Source of the DNA: an uncultured Poribacteria bacterium
GTDB taxonomy: Bacteria; Poribacteria; WGA-4E; WGA-3G
Direction of reading: 5' to 3'
Length of the DNA stretch: 64,000 nucleotides
Assembly: GCA_958296135.2 (NCBI GenBank)
Contig: CATQHZ020000001.1
Coordinates: 1,920,001 to 1,984,000 of the forward strand
Shown here: positions 1 through 10,982 of the stretch, piece by piece
How the letters are laid out: every line of letters starts with the position of its first letter
Position numbering within the stretch: the first letter of the stretch is position 1
The notes under the pieces: generated by a model
Told to the model about the DNA's origin: nothing
Database searches by the model: none
What the model saw: only the letters and a program-made list of their open reading frames with translations
Position numbers and translations under genes: made by a program

Positions 1-920
1 CAGCTTGGCACCATGCCGGGGGGCGGCGGTATCGGATACATGCACCGATAGCAGGGGCCCTCGTTCGGTTTAAAGAGAGAAACCTGCCCCTCAAATTGGA
101 AGATGCTGCCATGGACGATGGGCTTATTCATCAATACGGCTGCATCGTTGACGAGGTAGCGCGTCGCGAAGTTATCGCAGCCATCAACAATCACGTCGTA
201 TTCTGCGAAGATGTCCTCAACGTTCTCCGCGGTCAAACGGAGATTATACGGCGTGACATCAACGTCCGGGTTGAGCGACTTAATCGTAGTCGCGGCGGAT
301 TGGACTTTCGGTGTGCCGACAGCCTCCGTGCGGTGGAGGATCTGGCGTTGCAGATTGCTCAACTCAACGACATCCGAATCGATGATGCCGAGGTGCCCGA
401 TACCGGCAGCACCGAGGTAAACTCCCGCCGGTGAACCTAAACCGCCCGCGCCGACGAGCAACACTTTGGCATCAAGCAATTTGGATTGCCCCTTCTCGCC
501 GACTTCCGTGAGCATAAAGTGCCGGCTATACCGGTCGAGTTGTTCGTTGCTCATCGACTTGTCTTGTGCGGTTGCGTAGCCGGCGGCAGCCCAGTCTCGG
601 TAGCCGCCGGCCATGGAGACGGTATCCGTATATCCCATTTCGCGCAGCGATTTCGCGGCGAGGAGAGAACGGAGCCCCGCGGCGCAGTAGACAATAACCT
701 TCTGCTCCCGGTCTGGGATGTAATTCTCAACAGAAAATTCAAGCATCCCGCGGGTGACATGAACAGCATCGGGGATATATCCGGCGCGATATTCGTCTTC
801 ATCGCGGACATCCAGAAGCACGAAGTCACCGCCGTTCTCCTGATTCGCCTGCACCTCGTCCACGGTCACCTCGGGGATTTCTGTTTTTGCCGCCTCAACG
901 ATTTGTCTGTAGGATTTCAT
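1..920 (-). CDS. moeB: Rhodanese-domain ThiF/MoeB adenylyltransferase (3' end runs off the window)
   Basis: Manual minus-strand translation from ATG 920: MKSYRQIV...LLDVRDEDEY...VYCAAGLRS (rhodanese), then RYSRHF, VLLVGAGGLGSP, SNLQRQ, DGCDNFATRY, GPCYRC. Absent from the ORF track because there is no stop in the window. Confidence 0.92.
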   Translation of the reverse strand, partial: MKSYRQIVEAAKTEIPEVTVDEVQANQENGGDFVLLDVRDEDEYRAGYIPDAVHVTRGMLEFSVENYIPDREQKVIVYCAAGLRSLLAAKSLREMGYTDTVSMAGGYRDWAAAGYATAQDKSMSNEQLDRYSRHFMLTEVGEKGQSKLLDAKVLLVGAGGLGSPAGVYLGAAGIGHLGIIDSDVVELSNLQRQILHRTEAVGTPKVQSAATTIKSLNPDVDVTPYNLRLTAENVEDIFAEYDVIVDGCDNFATRYLVNDAAVLMNKPIVHGSIFQFEGQVSLFKPNEGPCYRCMYPIPPPPGMVPS

Positions 921-1022
921 AAAATTTCTCCAAGCGGGCAGATATGGAAATCTACCCGGACGATTTTCACTCTTGTAGGCACTTCTTCACAATTTTGGAC
1001 TGCTATCAAAACTCCTGAAGAC

Positions 1023-1125
1023 ATTATAACACAAATCCATGATATTGTCAAAAATTTTTAAGGTGCCGCATTAGGATGTCAAATTCAGAAATTTATTGAC
1101 AATATCGTTGCGAATGTGTTAAACT
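1023..1125. promoter_or_regulatory. Divergent sigma70-type promoters
   Basis: Minus strand TTGACA-N17-TATAAT (1051-1023) towards moeB; plus strand TTGACA(1096)-N18-TAAACT towards the gene at 1203. Confidence 0.7.
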
Positions 1126-1202
1126 TTTTAAGATGAGGAACCGTGCAAGTTATGCGAAAAAAACGCGGGTAGCCTCTAATAGAAAGAAATAAGGAGTACC
1201 CA

Positions 1203-2090
1203 ATGTTTAATATAAATCCTTTTCAGCAGCCGGGGCAGTGGTATCGCGGAAATACGCATACCCACAGCACCGAGTCCGATGGGAAGTTGCCAATCGCCGA
1301 GCGGTTCGCCGCGTATCGCGAGAGGGGCTACGACTTCCTCGTGTTGACAGACCATCGGAAAGTGAACGATGTGCGACGCTACAGCACTTCGGACTTTTTG
1401 GCGATATCAGGGAGCGAGGTGCATCCACAGAATCCGTATGGCGGCGCGACGTATCACATCGTCGCCATTAATATCCACGAGCCGGTGAATTGCGCAAAGA
1501 TGCACCCGAATGCTGTGCTTGACGACATTAAGGCACAAGGCGGCGAGGCAGTCCTCTGCCATCCCTATTGGTGTGGGCACACGATTTCAGATTTCCTGCC
1601 GTTGCGCGGCTATTTCGCCGTTGAAGTCTACAACGATACCTGCATGGGCATCGGCAAGGGGTTTGCGGAGCAGGCCTGGGATGACCTGCTGGACAGAGGC
1701 GGTCCGGTGTTCGGCATCGCCGCGGACGATGCACACGGGATAACCCACGACTGCTTCCACGGGTGGGTGATGGTGAAATCGCCGGATCTTACGCTTGAAA
1801 ATATCATGGCAGCACTGCGCACCGGGGCTTTCTATTCAACGCTCGGACCCGAAATCTCGGACATCAACATAAATCATGTCGATAAAGAGATAACCGTGAA
1901 ATGCTCATCCGCGCAATCAATTGTCTTCAAGGCGGAATGTCATAGCGGGCGGCGCGTCCTCGCACCGGAAGGGGAGGGCTTGACTGAAGCCGCGTATCAA
2001 GTCCCCGAGGCCGCGAAATACGTTCGCGTCGAAATAACGGATGAAACAGGGAAGAAGGCCTGGTCGAATCCGTTCTTTTTTAGTCTCTAA
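1203..2090 (+). CDS. PHP-family (CehA/McbA-like) metallohydrolase
   Basis: GNTHTHS..SDG, LTDH, CHPYW and ADDAH metal motifs; AAGGAG RBS. Confidence 0.85.
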   Translation: MFNINPFQQPGQWYRGNTHTHSTESDGKLPIAERFAAYRERGYDFLVLTDHRKVNDVRRYSTSDFLAISGSEVHPQNPYGGATYHIVAINIHEPVNCAKMHPNAVLDDIKAQGGEAVLCHPYWCGHTISDFLPLRGYFAVEVYNDTCMGIGKGFAEQAWDDLLDRGGPVFGIAADDAHGITHDCFHGWVMVKSPDLTLENIMAALRTGAFYSTLGPEISDININHVDKEITVKCSSAQSIVFKAECHSGRRVLAPEGEGLTEAAYQVPEAAKYVRVEITDETGKKAWSNPFFFSL

Positions 2091-2107
2091 CTTGCAGGTT
2101 ATCGCTG

Positions 2108-3148
2108 TTGAAACGGACGATACGGAAAATCCTCGTGTGTCAAACGGGCGGTTGGATAGGTGACATGGTGCTGCTCACCCCGGCGTTGCGCGCACTGAAA
2201 CAGGCATATCCCGCGTCACATCTCACCCTTTGGTTGCGTCCTCGCGTCGCCGATTTGATGGAAACGCATCCTTATGTTGACGCGTGCCTTGTGGATACGA
2301 AAGCAGCGGGGAGGCTCCGGTCGCTGGCGCGTTTAGTTCAGCAGCTCTGCGAAGGTAATTTTGACGTTGCGGTTGTGCTGCATCCTACCTCGTATCGGAA
2401 CGCGCTCATCCCTTTTCTCGCTCGCGTGCCGATACGTATCGGGACTAACGTCAGCGGGCGCGGCATCTTGCTCACCGCAGCTTGTCGCGATAACAAGGAT
2501 GTGCATGAGGTGCACCGTTACCTGCGCGTTCTACAACTACTTGGAAGTGACATCACCTCGTCGGACGATAGTTTAACGTTCTGGCACACTGACACGGATA
2601 GGCAGGCAGTCCAACAACTCCTGCACGACACGCACAAGCGGCTCATCGGCATCAATTTAGGCACAACATGGGAAACGAAGCGGTGGCGTGTGGAGAATTT
2701 CGCGGCGGTTATCCGGCAGATTGCGCAGATGCATCCGGATGTAAAAATCGTTTTAACAGGTTCTGCGGCTGAACGTAAAATCGCAGCGGTGTTGCACTGT
2801 CCAGGGACAACCTTGAATCTCGTTGGAAGAACGCCACTCTTGCAACTCGGCGCGCTCATCGAACGGTTCGCTGTCTATCTGACTTGCGATAGCGGCCCAA
2901 TGCACATCGCCGCTGCTGTTGGCACGCCGACTGTATCTCTCTTTGGGCCCACTGCACCGGCACGCCATGGGCCATACGGAAGTGGACATATCGTGCTTGA
3001 GAAACCGGTGTCGTGCCGGCCGTGTTACAAACGCGCCTGTCACCGAGAAGATGCGCCGCGCCTCTGCATGACAGACATTCGCGCCGCCGATGTAGGCACC
3101 GTGTTAACAAAATTTTTAGACAAGGCTCACGAGGAACGCTCTCGGTAG
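2108..3148 (+). CDS. Glycosyltransferase family 9 (LPS heptosyltransferase-like)
   Basis: WIGDMVL, TKRW, DSGPMHIAAAVGTP, LFGPT, CRPC. Confidence 0.9.
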   Translation: MKRTIRKILVCQTGGWIGDMVLLTPALRALKQAYPASHLTLWLRPRVADLMETHPYVDACLVDTKAAGRLRSLARLVQQLCEGNFDVAVVLHPTSYRNALIPFLARVPIRIGTNVSGRGILLTAACRDNKDVHEVHRYLRVLQLLGSDITSSDDSLTFWHTDTDRQAVQQLLHDTHKRLIGINLGTTWETKRWRVENFAAVIRQIAQMHPDVKIVLTGSAAERKIAAVLHCPGTTLNLVGRTPLLQLGALIERFAVYLTCDSGPMHIAAAVGTPTVSLFGPTAPARHGPYGSGHIVLEKPVSCRPCYKRACHREDAPRLCMTDIRAADVGTVLTKFLDKAHEERSR

Positions 3149-3171
3149 GCGCGGTTTCAAGCCGCGCCTAC
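3145..3171. repeat. REP-like palindrome, family A (GTAGGCGCG-N9-CGCGCCTAC)
   Basis: GTAGGCGCGGTTTCAAGCCGCGCCTAC. Related copies at 3974-4000, 4825-4851, 14162-14188, ~21489-21511, 24072, 25056, 45907-45962, 57929-57953 and 60690-60716. Confidence 0.85.
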
Positions 3172-3215
3172 CGGACCTGATGGATTCAAGCCTGTCCTAT
3201 AGCATAGGAGCATCA

Positions 3216-3968
3216 ATGAAAAACATCCGCGCACTGATTTTTGATTTCGGTGGAACTTTAGATGGAAACGGCATCCATTGGCTCGAACGAACGTATCAAT
3301 TCATACACAAACATCACCCCGAAATCACGCGGGAAACGTTCAACACGGCGGATAAAGCCGCCGTTGCAGCATTTGCCCTCGGCGACACCTCCGTTGTAGC
3401 CCCGCAGTATCAAAGCGGTTCCATGATCCCAGTCAATGGCATGGCTGCCGATGGTGCAGCAGCGCGTTGCACGCTGCGAGAAACCAGCGAAACGATTGCG
3501 GCTGGTATTTACCAACGCCTCGGACTGCGTGAGGACTTGAAAGATGCATACGTCGAAGGGTTCTGTCAAGATGTCGCGGAGAATCTTGAGGAAAATCGGC
3601 GGTGGCTGGAAACCCTGCACGGCACGTATCAATTGGGTGTCATCAGCAACAACTTCGGCAATACGCGCGGCTGGTGCGACGAATATGACCTCTCGCCGCT
3701 GCTAGACGTGATTGTCGATTCAACTGCCCTCGGCGTGGCGAAGCCAGACGCACGCATCTTTCAGCATGCACTATCGGAACTCGGCGTTTCGCCAAACGAG
3801 GCAGTGTATGTGGGCGATAGTTTCGTCCCCGATATGATGGGAGCTAAAGCCGTCGGTATGTGGACGGCATGGCTCATCGGGGACGAACCGAAGGCCTGTC
3901 CAGACCCGGCCATGGTGGACGTGCGGTTGCACCATCTCCACGAATTGGAAACGTTTCTGGACGCGTAA
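3216..3968 (+). CDS. HAD-superfamily hydrolase
   Basis: IFDFGGTL, ISNN, KPD, VGDS..PD motifs; AGGAG precedes ATG 3216. Confidence 0.88.
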   Translation: MKNIRALIFDFGGTLDGNGIHWLERTYQFIHKHHPEITRETFNTADKAAVAAFALGDTSVVAPQYQSGSMIPVNGMAADGAAARCTLRETSETIAAGIYQRLGLREDLKDAYVEGFCQDVAENLEENRRWLETLHGTYQLGVISNNFGNTRGWCDEYDLSPLLDVIVDSTALGVAKPDARIFQHALSELGVSPNEAVYVGDSFVPDMMGAKAVGMWTAWLIGDEPKACPDPAMVDVRLHHLHELETFLDA

Positions 3969-4008
3969 ATCGCGTAGGCGCGCTTTCAAAGTGCGCCTAC
4001 TGAAGAAA

Positions 4009-4602
4009 CTACATCTCTCGGTGCAGGCCGATAACCTTACCGAGGATCCGCACGTCATTCACCGGAACGACGCGCGGTTCGTGGTTAGGGTTCTCCGGGT
4101 GCAGGTGCACCCGCTCACCGTCGATGAAGAAGCGTTTGACGGTAGCCTCGTCTTCGATCAGCGCGACGACAATATCACCCGGGTCCGCGTCCGCCTGTCG
4201 TTTGACGATAACGAAATCGCCTTCAAGGATGCCGGCATCGATCATGCTAGAGCCGATGATGCGCAGCGCGAAGCACTCATGGTTATCCACCATCCGCAGC
4301 GGCACCGGCAACGAGCCCTCGATATTCTCGGAGGCGAGGAGCGGTGAGCCAGCGGCGACGCGCCCAACAATCGGCACCTCTTTAATCTGCCGGCCGGGGA
4401 TCGAAATCGCGCGCGGTTTGCCGGGAACCCGCTGGATATACTTCTTCTTCTCTAGCGCGCTGAGATGGTCATGCGCTGCTTTCTCGGAGAAGTTGAACTC
4501 CGAACCGATTTCCCGCACGGTCGGCGGGTAACCATCTCTATTGATGCAGGTCCGAATGTAGGCGAGAACCTGCCCTTGCCTGGTCGTCAAGCGTTTAGAC
4601 AT
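4009..4602 (-). CDS. lexA: SOS repressor LexA
   Basis: GYPPTVREIG wHTH, VAAG cleavage site, catalytic Ser (GSSM) and Lys (TVKR). Confidence 0.95.
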   Translation of the reverse strand: MSKRLTTRQGQVLAYIRTCINRDGYPPTVREIGSEFNFSEKAAHDHLSALEKKKYIQRVPGKPRAISIPGRQIKEVPIVGRVAAGSPLLASENIEGSLPVPLRMVDNHECFALRIIGSSMIDAGILEGDFVIVKRQADADPGDIVVALIEDEATVKRFFIDGERVHLHPENPNHEPRVVPVNDVRILGKVIGLHREM

Positions 4603-4891
4603 TGTGTGAATCTCCTTTTATACGTAAACTAGACTCTATCTCATAAATACCGGAAGACGCGCTCTCGCGACCGCGATTCCTTTTTATTTCACTGCATTTA
4701 TTATTATACTATACGAAACGAAAGTTAACAAAGCAAGAAAAATCGACCTAAGGGGCATTTGCAACCAAATCGCGTTTCTAACGTCTTATATTTTAGCGAA
4801 CAAGACTTCCACAGAACAAGTCCTGTAGACGCGGTTTCAAACCGCGCTTATCCGAAGATGCGTCAGTCCTATATTACTAAGGAAACAGATT

Positions 4892-5518
4892 ATGAAGACA
4901 TTCGTTCTGAGAATCAGCCTGATATGCGCGTTCATTGCTGTCACCGTGCTCTCTGTCTCTAGCAAAGACGAGCCGGAGCCCGTGCAACTTGATGCCATCG
5001 TCAAAGATTTTCGTCTTGAGGATGCAGCGGGTAAAATCCATTCTTTGCAACAGTTGAGCGAGGAGAAAACAGCCACCGTAGTGCTGTTCCTTGCGACGCA
5101 GTGCCCGATAGCCACCGATTACGCTGAACGCATCGTCGCTTTGTTTGACGCGTACGCCGAAAAGGATGTGCAATTTGTCGGCATCAATTCAAACAAGCAG
5201 GAACCTGTTGAAGAAATCGCCGAATACAGCGAAAAACACGGTTTTGACTTTCCGGTGCTGAAAGACTCGGGCAACAAAATCGCTGACTATTTCGCCGCGC
5301 GCAGGACCCCGGAGGTGTTTCTGCTGGATAAGGAACGCATCCTCCGCTATAGGGGCGCGATTGACGATAAGCGGGACGAACCGACGAAGCACTATCTGCA
5401 AACCGCGCTAGATTTGGTAATCGCGGGACAGGAGATTCCGGAAAAATCGAAAAAGACTCGGGCTGTTGGATGCACGATCAAACGGGTCCGGAAAACGGGT
5501 GTGGATAGAACGCCTTAA
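4892..5518 (+). CDS. Exported thioredoxin-fold/redoxin (AhpC-TSA-like) protein
   Basis: Signal peptide, QCP, VGINSN, RTPEVF, YRGAIDD, VGCTIK. Confidence 0.8.
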   Translation: MKTFVLRISLICAFIAVTVLSVSSKDEPEPVQLDAIVKDFRLEDAAGKIHSLQQLSEEKTATVVLFLATQCPIATDYAERIVALFDAYAEKDVQFVGINSNKQEPVEEIAEYSEKHGFDFPVLKDSGNKIADYFAARRTPEVFLLDKERILRYRGAIDDKRDEPTKHYLQTALDLVIAGQEIPEKSKKTRAVGCTIKRVRKTGVDRTP

Positions 5519-5553
5519 CACTGAAACCGTCCACGCCACCGTAGGAGCATAAA

Positions 5554-8055
5554 ATGCGTCGATTCTTCAATGCCATTTTTCAAGGCTTGCTTGCGCTGTT
5601 TTTCAGTGCCTGCATCCTTGTGTTTATCGTCATTTTCGTCGGCATCGGATTTGGATGCGGCGTGATGCTGGCCTGCTGGCAAGATATGTCCAACCTCGAT
5701 CTGGTGCGGCTAGAATACAAGTCAGATAAGAAGACATGGCGGCAACACTTGGAAGTCTACTCCTCTGTCTGCGAAGTCCAGGAAGCGGATAACGTCGATT
5801 TCCTCATAGATAAATTGGAACGCTTGGAATACGAGCAGGTCGGCGAGATAATCCCCAGATTGAGCTCGCCGGGGGAATACTCGACCAAGTTGAACGCGGA
5901 AAAGAGCGGCACGGTCCGCATCCATCTGCGCGAGTTTGAATACCCGCGCCTTACCCCGGAAGTGGGGCAGGTTCAAGTCTCGGTGAAAACGGGCAAAATT
6001 GTCGGCATCCGCAATTCAGAGGGCTCCCCACGCCAGCATTTTTATCTTGAACCGGAACTGATAGACGAATTTTCCGATGAAGAAGGCGCGACCCGCCGCC
6101 TTATCCCTCTGATAGAAATGCCGGAGAGACTCTATGGTGCCTTCATCGCTATTGAAGACCGGCGGTTTTACAACCACTGGGGGATTGACATCATACGCCT
6201 CAGCGGTGCTGCCAGCAGATGGCTCTTGATGGGAAGACGCTTGAGTGGCACAAGCACCCTGACGCAGCAACTTGCACGAAATATCTACTTGGGACGTGAG
6301 CGCGAACTTATCCGTAAAACGCGAGAAATGTTACTCGCCGTGCGCATTGAGAAAATGTTCTCCAAAGATGAGATTTTAGAGCGGTATCTCAACTACGTTG
6401 ACTTGGGTAGGTATCGTGGGAAAACGTTCCACGGCGTTCAACGGGCCGCCATGGGCTATTTTGGAAAAGAGGTTTCGGAACTGGCCTTCCACGAATGCGC
6501 CGTGCTGGCGGCACTGCCGAAGGGCCCCAGCGATTATTCCCCAATTTACAGCCCGCAAAAATCCAAACAGCGGCGCGATACGGTGTTGCAAGCAATGCTA
6601 AACGAGGCGTTTATCACCGATTCCGAATACCTCGCGAGCATCAACGCGCCACTCATACAACAGAATCCGCACAACAGCAGTTCCAAAAAGACATGGAAGG
6701 AAGCAGGACACTTCCTCGCTTACGTGCATCAAGAACTCATCAAACTCGCCGACAGCATTCATCTCCCGGATACGGGAGATAGATACCTTTATCTGAAAGA
6801 TGAATTGTATAGCGGCGGGTTGAAAGTCTACACCACTATAGATATGTCCATGCAAGCTGTCGCCGAAAAAGCCGTGGCAGACCATCTCCGGTATATGGAT
6901 GGAAAGTGGAGCCGCCTTCCGAATTACGATGTAAATAAGAGGAACCCGAACGGCCTCAACCCGATCAAGGATTACCTGCAATCGGCACTCATTGCGTTTG
7001 AACCGAAAACAGGGCACGTGAAAGCGATGGTGGGAGGCCGCGATTATAACATCTTTGGGAAGAAGATTAACTTCTACAATCGTGCCATCGGCACTGCTAA
7101 ACGGCAACCCGGTTCCGCCTTTAAACCGATCGTCTTTGCCTCTCAGCTGGCGGGACCTAACCCTATCTTAACACCCGGAACGCCGATAATTGATGAACGG
7201 TGGGGAATTGTCCCCGCACCTGGGCAGTCTACGTGGTATCCTCGTAACTACAGCAAGACGTTTAAAGGCGCGGTCAACTTGCGAGAGATTCTCACTGCTT
7301 CAATTAACATTCCAACGGCGCGAACTGTGCTGGAAACACCGATTGGCAAAAACGGCATCTGGGAGGGGATTAACCGCATCGTCTCACTGGCCAAAAAGAT
7401 GGGGATTCAGAGTTATCTGGACCCGAAACCCGCGCTCACCTTAGGTTCATCGGGGATGACGGTGCTTGAGCTGACCTCGGCGTACGGCATCTTCGCGAAC
7501 AGCGGCATTAAGACGGAGCCTGTTCACATCCAATATATAGTCAACTCGGACGGGAATCTTATCTATCCGCCGAAGGGGCATCAAGTGGAACGCCCCCGCG
7601 CCTTAGATGAAGGCGTTGCGTATCAGATCACTTCCTGCTTGCAGAGTGTGATGACGAATGGGACAGGTAGGCGCGCAGGAAACATGGGACTTACTCGGCC
7701 ATCAGCCGGCAAGACAGGCACGACGAATGATTACGTAGACGCGTGGTTCGTCGGTTATACGACAGATATGGTTGTCGGAGTCTGGGTGGGATTCGATGAA
7801 CCGATAAAACTGAATCGGCATAACTACAACCAGCAAGGTGCTTGGGCGGCACTGCCTATCTGGGCCCGCTTCATGATTGACGCGTCCCGGGGCCCCGAAA
7901 AGGAATTCTCTGTGCCGGATAACATCGTCTTCCGAGAGGTGGACAAAGTTACCGGAGGCTTGCGGCGCGTCGGCAAGTGCCCAGAGAAAAATATCAGTAA
8001 CGAACCGTTTATCAGGGGACAGGAGCCGCAGCATCTTTGTCCAAAGCACCGGTAG
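5554..8055 (+). CDS. Class A penicillin-binding protein (transglycosylase-transpeptidase)
   Basis: N-terminal [32 protein letters not shown]. Confidence 0.93.
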   Translation: MRRFFNAIFQGLLALFFSACILVFIVIFVGIGFGCGVMLACWQDMSNLDLVRLEYKSDKKTWRQHLEVYSSVCEVQEADNVDFLIDKLERLEYEQVGEIIPRLSSPGEYSTKLNAEKSGTVRIHLREFEYPRLTPEVGQVQVSVKTGKIVGIRNSEGSPRQHFYLEPELIDEFSDEEGATRRLIPLIEMPERLYGAFIAIEDRRFYNHWGIDIIRLSGAASRWLLMGRRLSGTSTLTQQLARNIYLGRERELIRKTREMLLAVRIEKMFSKDEILERYLNYVDLGRYRGKTFHGVQRAAMGYFGKEVSELAFHECAVLAALPKGPSDYSPIYSPQKSKQRRDTVLQAMLNEAFITDSEYLASINAPLIQQNPHNSSSKKTWKEAGHFLAYVHQELIKLADSIHLPDTGDRYLYLKDELYSGGLKVYTTIDMSMQAVAEKAVADHLRYMDGKWSRLPNYDVNKRNPNGLNPIKDYLQSALIAFEPKTGHVKAMVGGRDYNIFGKKINFYNRAIGTAKRQPGSAFKPIVFASQLAGPNPILTPGTPIIDERWGIVPAPGQSTWYPRNYSKTFKGAVNLREILTASINIPTARTVLETPIGKNGIWEGINRIVSLAKKMGIQSYLDPKPALTLGSSGMTVLELTSAYGIFANSGIKTEPVHIQYIVNSDGNLIYPPKGHQVERPRALDEGVAYQITSCLQSVMTNGTGRRAGNMGLTRPSAGKTGTTNDYVDAWFVGYTTDMVVGVWVGFDEPIKLNRHNYNQQGAWAALPIWARFMIDASRGPEKEFSVPDNIVFREVDKVTGGLRRVGKCPEKNISNEPFIRGQEPQHLCPKHR

Positions 8056-8137
8056 GTGCGAACTCCTGCTCGCAATATATCTTACCCAAATGCCGGCGGG
8101 TAAGCTCGCCGTGCTCAGGTTTAAACAAGGAAATCGC

Positions 8138-8587
8138 ATGAGAGCCGTTATTCAACGCGTCACATCTGCCAGTGTCACGGTAGCGGGTGAGCTTGTCTCT
8201 GAAATCGGAGAGGGGTTGCTCATCTTCCTCGGCATTGCCCATGACGATACTGAAGCCGAGTTGGACTATATCGCGAACAAGGTTATCAACCTGCGCATCT
8301 TTGAAGACAGCGAAGGCCGGATGAACCGTTCGCTTTTAGAGACAGGTGGTGCCGCGCTAGTGGTGTCACAATTTACGCTATACGGCGATTGCCGGAAGGG
8401 GCGGCGGCCGAGTTTTATCAATGCCGCGCGCCCGGAACAGGCGAAGGCATTGTATGAGCAGTTCATTGATGTTCTTGCATCGCGGCACATCCCGACACAA
8501 GGCGGCACCTTCCAAGCGATGATGGATGTGCAATTGGTGAATGATGGGCCTGTCACGATTTTGCTGGATAGTCGTAAGCAATTTTGA
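8138..8587 (+). CDS. dtd: D-aminoacyl-tRNA deacylase
   Basis: [19 protein letters not shown]. Confidence 0.95.
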   Translation: MRAVIQRVTSASVTVAGELVSEIGEGLLIFLGIAHDDTEAELDYIANKVINLRIFEDSEGRMNRSLLETGGAALVVSQFTLYGDCRKGRRPSFINAARPEQAKALYEQFIDVLASRHIPTQGGTFQAMMDVQLVNDGPVTILLDSRKQF

Positions 8588-8687
8588 AAAGGCTTGACAT
8601 TTGTCAGAAAATAGGGCTCGGTGCAGTGGCGAGAACTCTATGAGAATCTAGCAGAACCTACCCTAATCTATCGATGTGCATTTTGAC

Positions 8688-8716
8688 TTGCATTCCGCTT
8701 GATTTTGTGGTATAAT
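8688..8716 (+). promoter_or_regulatory. Sigma70 promoter for the tnpB1 leader
   Basis: TTGCAT-N17-TATAAT with an extended TG. Confidence 0.75.
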
Positions 8717-8720
8717 ATAG

Positions 8721-8813
8721 TTACCGTTGTGGGCGAGACATCCAAGCACGGCTTCCCGCCGTGTCTCTCGCCCAACCTACCTTGGATGGAGGTTAACCAA
8801 CGGCGAACGGTGA
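8721..8813 (+). ncRNA. Candidate structured, pseudoknotted 5' leader RNA of tnpB1
   Basis: Pairings CCGTTG/CAACGG, TGGGCGAGA/TCTCGCCCA, CACGGC/GCCGTG, AACCT/AGGTT and CATCCAAG/CTTGGATG; covaries with 10983-11237. Confidence 0.55.
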
Positions 8814-9932
8814 TGCCTATGAGATTGAAAACGCATTTAATGGTGTTGGACCCGAATAATAAGCAGGCGACGCTGCTTGCAAAGCACTGCGGCTATGCCC
8901 GCGTAGCCCGTAACCATGCGCTCTCGGAATTCAAGGCAGGACTCGACCGCGATGAATTCCTATCCGATAGGGACTTGCGCAAAAGATTCAACGCCGTGAA
9001 AGACGAACGCTACCCGTGGTGCCGCGAGCTCAGTCAAAATGCATCGAAGAATGGGATTTGCACTCTCGGTGATGCAGTGAAACGCTGGGTCTCTAAACAG
9101 AACCGCTTCCCGCGCTATAAGCACCGATCTGGTAGGATTTCCTACCAAGCTGACAACGGCGCAGGCACGGTGAAGGTGGAGAAAAAGCGTGTGAACCTTC
9201 CGAAGATTGGCTGGGTTCGCCTGCGTGAGAAGTTGCGTTGGCATGGCGAGATTCGGCGGTGTGTCGTCTCAAAACGTGCGGGCAGGTGGTTTCTATCGGT
9301 TCTCGTGAAGGTGGTTTCCGACAGTGCGCCACGTGTGCGTTCTCCGCGCGGTCCTGTGCGTGTGGTTGGTGTTGATGTTGGCATCAAGACACTTGCCGTG
9401 ACATCCGATGGTGTTGAGTTTGAAAACCCGAAGGCACTTTACCGCTATCTGCGGAAGTTGCGGCGTGCGCAGCGTCAATTATCTCGTTCGGTTTACCGAA
9501 GCAGGAATTGGTATCGGAAGCAGTTCCGCGTGCAGAAGAGTCACTATCGTATCTGCTGTCTCCGTGAGGATGCACATCATAAGGAAAACCAGCACGGCGA
9601 TTGTAAAGTCGGCTGACGTTCTCGGCATCGAGCGTCTACGCGTGGCAGGCTTGTTAAAAAACCGCCGTCTTGCAAAGGCGTTGAGCGATGCGTCATTAAG
9701 TAGTTTCCTGACGATGCTTCGGTATAAAGCAGCGGCACACGGCGTTGAGATTATCGAGGCACCGTCGAACTTCCCATCGTCGAAGACGTGCAGTGCTTGC
9801 GGGAATAAGAAGACGAAGTTGTCCCTCTCGGAGCGGACATATCACTGCGAGGCATGTGGCGTGGGTATCGACCGCGACTGGAATGCCGCGCATAATTTAA
9901 GAACCCTCGCCGCGAGCTTGACGGAGAGGTAA
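8813..9932 (+). pseudogene. tnpB: TnpB RNA-guided nuclease, frameshifted
   Basis: LPKIG and GVDVG in one frame; GIE, SSKTCSACG and DRDWNAA in another. About 4 extra bp at 9584-9587 relative to the paralogue. Confidence 0.88.
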
Positions 9933-10081
9933 AACGGCTGCGGAGCGACTATAAGCCCTCATAGTAGGCACACCTCGTGTGTCTCGGAGGCACGCCGCAT
10001 TGAAACAGCAACTACGACAGATAAGAGGACAGGTTAGATTAGAATAGATTTGTCCAGATTATCATAAGTTCTAGGGAGCGG
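9900..10081 (+). ncRNA. Putative omegaRNA/reRNA scaffold of tnpB1
   Basis: Overlaps the tnpB 3' end and runs to the right end; shares GAACCCTCGCCGC, TTGACGGAGAG, CTG.GGAG, TTGAA.CAG and TTGTCCAGAT with 12306-12493. Confidence 0.6.
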
Positions 10082-10088
10082 TAGACTA

Positions 10089-10952
10089 ATGAAACGTTGG
10101 ATCGACACCATAAAACAAGGCGACTGCATTCAGTTGATGGCGGAAATGCCGGAGGAATGCATCGACCTGCTCATCACGGATCCGCCGTTCGCCATTGATT
10201 TCAAAGCGATTCGACATAACTACAACCGAAAAGGAGAACGTGTTCTTCAAGGTTACAACGAAATTGAAGGTAACGATTACCTCGCGTTCACGCTTGAGTG
10301 GCTCTCACAAGCGACGAGGGTGCTTAAGGATTCTGGTAGCATGTATATCTTCTCCGGATGGAATCATCTGAAAGAACTGCTGATCGCCATCGATTTTTGC
10401 GAGCTGACAACCGTTAACCATCTGATTTGGAAATATCAGTTCGGTGTGGTAACACGGCGAAAATACGTCACGTCGCATTACCACTGTCTTTTTGTTTGCA
10501 AAGAGGACAGGAAGCGGCAGTTCCATCCCTTTTCCCGTTTTGATCAGGATGCCAAAACCGAAACCGGCGGTTCGGCACACTACAGAGACAAAGAGGATGT
10601 TTGGGAAATCAAGAGAGAATATTGGCAGGGCGCGGTGAAAACGCCGACAAAACTGCCCGCCGAGCTCATTGAGAAAATCCTCGATTATTCCAGCGAGAAA
10701 GGCGATGTGGTTTTGGATCCGTTTTTAGGTTCGGGCCAGGTTGCTGTCGTCAGCAAAATGAAAGGACGACATTACGTCGGATTTGAGATTGTGCCGGCGT
10801 ATTATGAATTCGCACGAGATAGACTCAAATCCGGAAAATATCTAATTCAGCACGCAGAAAAAGAGGCAGAGGGGCTAGCACTGTTCAACAAGGAGGACGT
10901 TCCTAGCTTCCGAAAATCGAGACACATCGTGATAAAAGCGGATTTATCGTGA
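10089..10952 (+). CDS. Orphan N4-C/N6-A DNA methyltransferase (beta-class motif order)
   Basis: TDPPF motif IV precedes DPFLGSG motif I; no adjacent restriction nuclease. Confidence 0.9.
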   Translation: MKRWIDTIKQGDCIQLMAEMPEECIDLLITDPPFAIDFKAIRHNYNRKGERVLQGYNEIEGNDYLAFTLEWLSQATRVLKDSGSMYIFSGWNHLKELLIAIDFCELTTVNHLIWKYQFGVVTRRKYVTSHYHCLFVCKEDRKRQFHPFSRFDQDAKTETGGSAHYRDKEDVWEIKREYWQGAVKTPTKLPAELIEKILDYSSEKGDVVLDPFLGSGQVAVVSKMKGRHYVGFEIVPAYYEFARDRLKSGKYLIQHAEKEAEGLALFNKEDVPSFRKSRHIVIKADLS

Positions 10953-10982
10953 TAAACGCCAACATAAGTGCTATACGAAGTG

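Larger units (their letters stand above)
8618..10081 (+). mobile_element. IS607-like TnpB-only (non-autonomous) element 1; left boundary approximate
   Basis: Left end has phased AATCTA-like repeats (8632-8670) that are an imperfect inverse of the TAGATT repeats at the right end (10034-10073); right end finishes GGGAGCGG; no tnpA. Confidence 0.7.

Noticed and set aside
96-1061. Plus-strand ORFs in the track
   Set aside because: Antisense shadows of moeB.
4603-4890. LexA operator
   Set aside because: No recognisable SOS-box palindrome could be supported.
8731-8812. HDV-like ribozyme
   Set aside because: Nested pseudoknot topology is reminiscent, but the P1.1 GG and a correctly placed J4/2 are not evident; kept as an unassigned RNA.
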